Shown here: piece by piece, positions 6,353 through 11,561 of the stretch | How positions within the stretch are numbered: position 1 is the stretch's first letter | Layout: each line of letters begins with the position of its first letter | DNA from: Candidatus Bathyarchaeia archaeon | GTDB taxonomy: Archaea > Thermoproteota > Bathyarchaeia > Bathyarchaeales > Bathycorpusculaceae | NCBI GenBank assembly: GCA_049515895.1 | Contig: JBEKTQ010000038.1 | Span: 1 to 11,561, forward strand | Direction: 5' to 3' | DNA: 11,561 bases | The notes under the pieces: generated by a model | The model's database searches: none | The model's input: only the letters and a program-made list of their open reading frames with translations | What the model was told of the DNA's origin: nothing | Made by a program: the position numbers and the translations under genes

Positions 6353-7234
6353 CTATTCTGAAGCCAAACATAGCATGGTCTCCGTCTTTTTCCACAAGCG
6401 TTTTTGCAGTTCTTCGTCGTATGACTCGGGGCAAGTCATTACTTCCTTTTTCTTAATGAAACATTTTCCAGTTACATCCTTTACGTCGCCTGAGGAGGCT
6501 AAGTAAACAGAAGTTTCCGTCCCCTTCTTGGCGCTGACCTGCATCGGACGAACCATCTTAAACAGAAGGGATGAACCGAGGCTACCACTGTTTTTTCCAA
6601 GATTAGTCGCGACAAAACCAGGCATGAGCACGTTTGCAGTAACTCCGGTACCTTTTAGTCGCCTAGATAGTTCATAGGTAAACATCATTACCATTAGTTT
6701 AGTGTTAGCGTAAACAGGTGCTCGGACTTGAGAATACGCTTTCGTCCCCCTATAGTTTTTCTCGCTTTGAAGATCATCAAGATCCACTTTGCCATTCTTC
6801 GCAAGTCCGGAGCTTACGTTGATTATTCTGGAAGGAGCGCTAGATTTTAGCAAATTCATCAACTCATGCGTGAGTAGAAACGGCCCTAAATAATTGACGG
6901 CCAGGGTTCGTTCAAAGCCTTCTGGGGTAACCTCACGCTTATTAAACATCGCTCCAGCATTATTAACCAGCACATCAAGTCTGTCGTATTTCCTCTTAAA
7001 TTCCTGCGCGAAGCGCCTAATTGAATCCATGGAAGACAAGTCGCAGATCATTAAATCGACAGAGTTGTTTCCGCTTTGTTTTACTATTTCCAACCGTGCT
7101 TTTTCGCCACGCTCTTGGTTGCGAACAACCATAACAACGTGGGCACCCATCTTCGCCAAACTTAAGGCAGTCTCTTTCCCAATTCCAGAGTTGCTGCCCG
7201 TTACAACACAGATTTTCCCTTTCATCTCGCTCAT
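6353..7234 (-). CDS. Short-chain dehydrogenase/reductase, retinol-dehydrogenase-like (RDH11-14/WWOX-type) subgroup
   Basis: TGSNSGIG Rossmann motif, CDLSSMDSIRRFA, LDVLVNNAG, VNYLGPFLLT, RIINVSS, catalytic YANTK, PGFVAT, RLW tail; ATG at 7234 (alternative 7225). Confidence 0.92.
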   Translation of the reverse strand: MSEMKGKICVVTGSNSGIGKETALSLAKMGAHVVMVVRNQERGEKARLEIVKQSGNNSVDLMICDLSSMDSIRRFAQEFKRKYDRLDVLVNNAGAMFNKREVTPEGFERTLAVNYLGPFLLTHELMNLLKSSAPSRIINVSSGLAKNGKVDLDDLQSEKNYRGTKAYSQVRAPVYANTKLMVMMFTYELSRRLKGTGVTANVLMPGFVATNLGKNSGSLGSSLLFKMVRPMQVSAKKGTETSVYLASSGDVKDVTGKCFIKKKEVMTCPESYDEELQKRLWKKTETMLCLASE

Positions 7235-7318
7235 AAACAAACATCCCGCCTAACCATGCAAGCGCAATACAAACAGTCGAAAACTGTTTCTCAAATACTT
7301 TTGCATTCTTAAGCATTT

Positions 7319-7342
7319 CAACTCAATATACTATTTGAGTTG
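7319..7342. promoter_or_regulatory. 8-8-8 inverted repeat CAACTCAA-N8-TTGAGTTG in the SDR/nitroreductase divergent spacer
   Basis: Perfect 8-bp arms seen directly; function inferred only from position. Confidence 0.4.
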
Positions 7343-7505
7343 TTTTGCATAAGATAGCTCATTCATTCAATAATCGTGAGTCAATGAAGTTGCAACTCAG
7401 CAACAACTGAAGCCATAAATGAAGACTCTCAAAGCACATCGCAGAAGCATTTTTAAGAGGCTGAACTGAAAAGAAAAAGCAAAGCTTAGGAAAATGTGAG
7501 GTTTT

Positions 7506-8003
7506 ATGTCCGCTCTTGATTTGATTCTCAACCGCAGAAGCATTAGACGCTATGAAGCCAAAGATATACCTGAAGATGTAATGAAACAAATTCTTGAAGC
7601 TGGAAGACAAGCTCCCTCTGCTGTCAATAAACAACCAATCCATTTCATAATCGTGAAAGACCATGAACTAGCAAAGAAATTCTCCAATTTGCCCTTCAAC
7701 GGTTTTATCAAAGATGCTCCCGCAGTCGTTGTTGGATGCGCAGACATAAAATCGCTCTTAACTGGAAAATGGGCAGTCGTTGACGCAACAATCGCAATGC
7801 AAAATATGGTTATCGCCGCCTGGGCACTCGGAGTTGGCTCCTGCTGGATAGGCGCTTTCGACGAAAAGAAAGTGAAAGAATCCCTAAAGATCCCAGACAA
7901 ATGGAAAGTTGTAGCGCTACTAACATTAGGTTATCCTGCTGAACAGCCAAAACCAAAAAAGAAGAAACCAATAGAAGAACTGTTTAGCTTCAACACTTTC
8001 TAA
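7506..8003 (+). CDS. Nitroreductase family protein (FMN-dependent)
   Basis: RRSIRRY, QAPSAVNKQPIHF, DATIAMQNMVIAAWALGVGSCWIG, LTLGYP motifs. Confidence 0.95.
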   Translation: MSALDLILNRRSIRRYEAKDIPEDVMKQILEAGRQAPSAVNKQPIHFIIVKDHELAKKFSNLPFNGFIKDAPAVVVGCADIKSLLTGKWAVVDATIAMQNMVIAAWALGVGSCWIGAFDEKKVKESLKIPDKWKVVALLTLGYPAEQPKPKKKKPIEELFSFNTF

Positions 8004-8098
8004 GAACAGCGTGCCTGCCCCCGTGGGTCGCTGGTGTGGAATGCATTTCCATAGTTTTTTATATCGAAAGCAACAAACAAGCCATCAGGGTTTCAAAA

Positions 8099-8434
8099 AT
8101 GAATTTTAGTACGTTATTGAGGTTTTCTGTGGCTGTACTTATCTTGATTTCTGCAATTTTCCATTTGCTGTTGGAATTTCACTTGCTGCAACTGAGACTA
8201 CCGCTTCGACAATAGATATTGCGTTCGGAGGAATTTACGTCTTCATGAGTATTGGTTTTTTGTTGGCAAACGCTTGTTCATTTATCTGGGCTTGATCTTT
8301 CTCTGATAGACGGAATCGGCGGAACAGTCGCATACATAACTAGTTATTCACTCAATCCGTTAATCGCTGCAGTAATCGATGTTGCAATTATTCTCTGCTG
8401 TAGCTCTCTCTTACTTAACAAGGACCCCCGCTAG
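8099..8434 (+). pseudogene. Small four-TM membrane protein with three apparent frameshifts
   Basis: From ATG 8099 a continuous hydrophobic protein can be rebuilt across T-runs at about 8165, 8258 and 8299: MNFSTLLRFSVAVLILISAIFH / AVGISLAATETTASTIDIAFGGIYVFMSIG / FVGKRLFIYLGLIF / LIDGIGGTVAYITSYSLNPLIAAVIDVAIILCCSSLLLNKDPR. TATA-like TTTTATA lies near 8057. Confidence 0.6.
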
Positions 8435-8556
8435 ACTTCTTGAAAGCAATCTGCACAGTATGTGCTGGCAAAATCGAGTGCTATGTCGTACCTAGCGCGC
8501 GCAGCCCCATTTGTAACTATTGCTACTTGGTTGTCTGATAATCTTAACTCAATGAT
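8431..8556 (-). pseudogene. Degraded N-terminal remnant of a second SDR
   Basis: Reads LRLSDNQVAIVTNGAARARYDIALDFAS. Restoring three G bases in CGC-G-CTA-GG-TAC gives GAARGLGYDIAL, the classical xVAIVTGAxRGLG Rossmann motif. Confidence 0.45.
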
Positions 8557-8672
8557 CTAGCAGACATACTTGAAACCGCTTTCCACGAGGTAATTTATGA
8601 CTACAACTGGAAAAAGTGTTTGGACAGATGAGAAAGGTTTAGAATGTCTGCGAAGTAAAAAAGAGAATATTG

Positions 8673-8999
8673 TTATAAATCAACGTAAATTTGATTTTCT
8701 CTTATTGAGATTTTGTATGTCTGCATTCCCTTTGCTCCACCTACCATCAATCTCTTCGCACTAGAAACGTCCTTGCTAACTTTTCCACTTGTAACATCAA
8801 ATTCTGCACGATGTACTGGACAAATTACAATGTTTTTCTCAAGTGTTCCACTTGGCAGGTAGCCATGCATATGAGAACAGATGGCATCCATAGCATAGAA
8901 ATTCCCATCAACATTAGCTATGAGAATTTGCTTATCCTTAACAGTAAATCCCTTCATAGTCCCTTTTGCCACGTCAGAGATTTCACAAATTTTTTCCAT
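8673..8999 (-). CDS. Rieske [2Fe-2S] ferredoxin
   Basis: CSH...CPVH ligands, GNFYAMDAIC, FDVTSG; 108 aa. Confidence 0.95.
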   Translation of the reverse strand: MEKICEISDVAKGTMKGFTVKDKQILIANVDGNFYAMDAICSHMHGYLPSGTLEKNIVICPVHRAEFDVTSGKVSKDVSSAKRLMVGGAKGMQTYKISIRENQIYVDL

Positions 9000-9004
9000 G
9001 TGAA

Positions 9005-9436
9005 CTATTTCGACCGCCCTGGCATTAACCCGACCTGTTGCAAAAATGAAACATTATCATAATAGTTTGATTCTCGGCTAAACTTGCCATTACGTACCTG
9101 ATATATTGAAGTTCCCCGTACTGCAAAGGTCTTGCCAGTAGCGGGTACTGCATTTTTGCTCATGGTATTATTGGGAAAAGTACCCGTCATGACCCACTCA
9201 TCACCCGCCCAGTCGCCAGTCCCGAAGACGGACTTCAGCTCAAAATTAATGTCGGGATAATCAACCAACATAGTCTTGGTGTAAGCGGTTATTTCCTCTT
9301 TGCCACGATTGGCTATTCCAAGAGGCACATTCTCTAAAACACCATCATCCGCAAAGTAAGCGATTATTTTGTTTGCGTCATGAGAATTTACTATTTTTAT
9401 AAATTCTTCAACCATCTTTCTTGTATCCGTTACCAT
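9005..9436 (-). CDS. SnoaL-like / NTF2-fold ester cyclase family protein
   Basis: NSHD..YFADD, RGKEEI, YPDINF, EWVMTGT, PATGK, GKFSRESNYYD..LQQVG; ATG 9436 behind GGTGA; 5 nt upstream of the Rieske gene. Confidence 0.88.
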   Translation of the reverse strand: MVTDTRKMVEEFIKIVNSHDANKIIAYFADDGVLENVPLGIANRGKEEITAYTKTMLVDYPDINFELKSVFGTGDWAGDEWVMTGTFPNNTMSKNAVPATGKTFAVRGTSIYQVRNGKFSRESNYYDNVSFLQQVGLMPGRSK

Positions 9437-9511
9437 CTCAAGTTCACCTGGGTTTTTCCGAAAATTATTTTGTTGTGAATAGTTAATGGGCAAAATATGG
9501 ATTAGTATTGT

Positions 9512-9527
9512 GGCGGATGTGTCCGCC
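9512..9527. promoter_or_regulatory. Palindrome GGCGGA-TGTG-TCCGCC, candidate operator of the adjacent HTH regulator
   Basis: Perfect 6-bp GC-rich arms in an otherwise AT-rich divergent spacer between the SnoaL gene and the regulator. Confidence 0.55.
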
Positions 9528-9568
9528 TTTTCAAAAACTATATTTAATCTGAGGGCTTAGGTTGGTTT

Positions 9569-10221
9569 ATGCGTAGGCTTATCTTGGAGCTTAACAAAGA
9601 CGAAAGCTATGGAGATAGTACACCACAGCTCAAAAATGTAAAAACGTTAGAACAGTTGCAGCTTCTCAGGCAAGATCAGGAAGAAATCGCGATGGTGTGT
9701 AGGGTGGAGTTTGAGGAGGCGGTTTCCAATGTTGAAGAATACGTCAAGCTTATCAATGATAACGCTTTTGAGGTAAAGCTTCTTGAAAAGGAAAAAACAA
9801 GAGCATACATAGTCTTCGTCAAAATTAGGCTAACAAAATCTCCAAGTTCGAGTTTTGGTCTTGTGCGAGGGCAAGGTAAGTATTTTGTGTCCCGTGAAGT
9901 TCATGAAGGCAAAATCAAGGTAACTTTTCTGGGAAGTGCAGTTCAAATTAGAAAAATTCTTGAAGAAGTTAAACGATGGGGACGACGCTACAGGATTGTA
10001 TCTTTGACAGATGCGAAGTTTTCGCTTGATTCACCGCTTAATGTTTTGACGGAGAAGCAAAGGAAGGTCTTGATTGCCTGCTATAAACTGGGGTACTACA
10101 ATTACCGAGAAAAATCAGTTCCGAAGAGTTAGCGAAAAAACTCAATCTTCACAAATCCGCTTTGGCAACGCACCGCAGAAAAGCAGAATTACGCATACTC
10201 ACTCAAATGCTAAAAGAATAG
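9569..10221 (+). pseudogene. Bacterio-opsin-activator-type (HTH_10) regulator with a single-base frameshift at about 10102
   Basis: LTEKQRKVLIACYKLGYYN, then in another frame PRKISSEELAKKLNLHKSALATHRRKAELRILTQMLKE-stop (10219-10221), giving the typical LTxxQ..GYY..PR..ELA..H.RKAE HTH_10 motif. One base is missing at AAT-TA-CCG. Confidence 0.88.
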
Positions 10222-10578
10222 ATACAATATCGATTAACTGTTCTCAACGCTTAACCAAACCTCGAAAAAAAATGGAAATTTCGGTAGAAATTACAGTCTG
10301 GGAACAGTAACTCCCCGGGCTATTGCTGTACATGCTCTCGTATACCGTTTTCTTAGAAGTTCTTTGACTGTGGCTTGTTTCAGGGTTTGGTTCAGAACCG
10401 GTCCCAAGTCAAATTACAAAAAGGGGAATGTTGTAGGAAATAGTACTTATTCAGTTCTGGAGTGGTGGGGCTGCCCGTCCCCAAACCCATTTGGGTTCAA
10501 AACCGTCACTAAAAACATAGGAATTAATCCGTCTCAAACGGTCGGATAACATTTTCACACGCGTTATTGGAGATATTC

Positions 10579-10612
10579 AAAGGTGTTGGGCGGGGGATCC
10601 CAGCACTTTTTT
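10579..10612 (+). terminator. GC-rich hairpin followed by a T-run
   Basis: AAAGGTGTTGGG-cgggggat-CCCAGCACTTTT-TT; stem includes G-U pairs. Confidence 0.4.
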
Positions 10613-10733
10613 ACCAGTAAACCATGGTGCGGCAAGTGAAGTTATTGGGGTTTTAACCACTTTGAGCATTATAAGTCATTTTATTTCAGTCCAAAGCCAC
10701 AGTAAGTCTGGGTGTTTTGCCGCTAGTTTTGCG

Positions 10734-11156
10734 GATATTGCGGCTCCTTTCAGCATTAAATTTGGTGTAGTAGGAGTGGAGGTCTTCGCAGTTGCTTTTG
10801 CCTTCGCTGGGATATTAGCTGTGGTTACTGTGGGCTTGGGCACCGTTTACTCTGCCTTTGGATTTTTGGGTCTTGAGAGCTGGATTAAGGAAAGAAGGTT
10901 CAGGTTCGTATTTGTCTTGGCGCTCGTAATCTCTGCAATTTTCGCGCTCCTACCAAACCCAATTGAGATAATGGTCTTCACCCAATACCTAAACGGACTC
11001 TTGCTGCCTTTTATCCTCGTACCTCTTGTAATTATCACTCGAAACAAGGATTTAATGGGCAAATACAAACTCGGGAAAGCCACCTTAACTTTAGCATTGG
11101 GAACGATCATAATAACAACAATTCTCTTCCTTGCGAGCATAGCATCAATGTTGTAG
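10734..11156 (+). pseudogene. 3' fragment of an NRAMP/MntH-family divalent cation transporter
   Basis: FG..FAVAFAFAG, TQYLNGLLLPFILVPLVIITRNKDLMGKY match the last TM segments of NRAMP proteins. Only about 140 aa remain, and the N-terminal DPGN region is absent. The 5' boundary is approximate. Confidence 0.75.
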
Positions 11157-11192
11157 ACTTCCAGAACAAACTTGTTGCACACCTTAGTGCTT

Positions 11193-11242
11193 TTCCTTTT
11201 CAAAAAGGAAGATTCAAAGCCACTTCAAAAATTTTTAAGTGG
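11193..11242. other. Two adjacent near-perfect palindromes between convergent genes
   Basis: TTCCTTTT-CA-AAAAGGAA (11193-11210) and CCACTT-C-AAAAATTTTT-AAGTGG (11220-11242, perfect except for one extra C). Confidence 0.5.
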
Positions 11243-11302
11243 TCATCCCTGAGGTTTACTAGTGCGCGTTGGTATTCTGTTTTTTAGCTATGTTTTAAGC
11301 AT

Positions 11303-11346
11303 GAATTAGCGTCAGAATTAGCGTCAGAATTAGCGTCAGAAGTAGC
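11303..11346. repeat. 12-bp tandem repeat (GAATTAGCGTCA) x3 plus a partial fourth copy
   Basis: Exact copies at 11303, 11315 and 11327, then GAAGTAGC at 11339. Confidence 0.9.
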
Positions 11347-11392
11347 TTTTGACGAGGTCACAAATTATTTTTGGTGCCAGAAGAATTTGTGG

Positions 11393-11560
11393 TTATTGTG
11401 GAACAATAGCGGCAGAAATACGCGTTTTTAGGTCATCACACTTCTGTCTTATTTGATTCCTGGCATCTGTAATTTCAACATTGAGTCTTTGTCTAGACTC
11501 AGCAACCAAATCTTTGTTTTTTACCATGTCTTGTTCAAGCTTCTCCAAATCATGTGCTGC
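11393..11560 (-). CDS. C-terminal end of a hypothetical, probably coiled-coil, protein running off the window
   Basis: Open frame AAHDLEKLEQDMVKNKDLVAESRQRLNVEITDARNQIRQKCDDLKTRISAAIVPQ-stop; heptad-like pattern. Confidence 0.6.
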   Translation of the reverse strand, partial: AAHDLEKLEQDMVKNKDLVAESRQRLNVEITDARNQIRQKCDDLKTRISAAIVPQ

Positions 11561-11561
11561 A

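Noticed and set aside
4530-7900. Antisense or shadow ORFs 4530..4730, 4837..5226, 5791..6168, 5856..6140, 6131..6316, 6894..7253, 7017..7316, 7359..7664 and 7550..7900
   Set aside because: Shadows of confidently assigned genes, with no SD and no family motifs.
8007-8033. GC-rich mini hairpin after the nitroreductase, considered as a tRNA fragment or att site
   Set aside because: No T-loop or D-loop consensus and no matching second copy in the window.
9569-10221. Calling this gene bat, the regulator of the rhodopsin
   Set aside because: Only the HTH_10 domain is shared; there are no sensor domains, and such regulators are common in archaea.
10280-10390. Minus-strand peptide ..VKELLRKRY..AIARG resembling an arsenite methyltransferase N-terminus
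   Set aside because: Too short and degenerate to support.
8811-11203. ORFs 8811..9062, 10074..10310, 10364..10549 and 10847..11203
   Set aside because: Antisense or wrong-frame readings; the true HTH continuation is in a third frame ending at 10221.
11303-11346. CRISPR array, or a coding SDAN repeat
   Set aside because: 12-bp units with no spacers and no cas genes; the SDANSDAN reading has no credible start and lies beyond the stop at 11393.

Overview
Archaeal accessory region, most consistent with a Bathyarchaeia-like mesophile. That assignment is inferred from TATA boxes, GGAGGTGA ribosome-binding sites, oligo-T terminators, a dnaJ fragment and Lrp/AsnC and Bat-type HTH regulators. The core is an intact minus-strand gene run: signal-peptide-less fasciclin (FAS1), DrrA-like ABC ATPase, DrrB-like permease and an atypical heliorhodopsin. 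It is divergent from an Lrp/AsnC regulator with a six-Cys C-terminal cluster, and three TTTAC boxes repeat at exactly 31-bp spacing across the shared promoter. Nearby are a SOUL heme-binding protein, a retinol-dehydrogenase-like SDR, a nitroreductase, a Rieske ferredoxin, a SnoaL-like protein and a frameshifted Bat-like HTH regulator. Both flanks carry broken or chimeric genes: dnaJ fused to a tandem bacterioferritin, an NRAMP 3' fragment and several remnants. No rRNA, tRNA, CRISPR array or intact transposase was seen. Family calls come from motif recognition by eye, not database searches.
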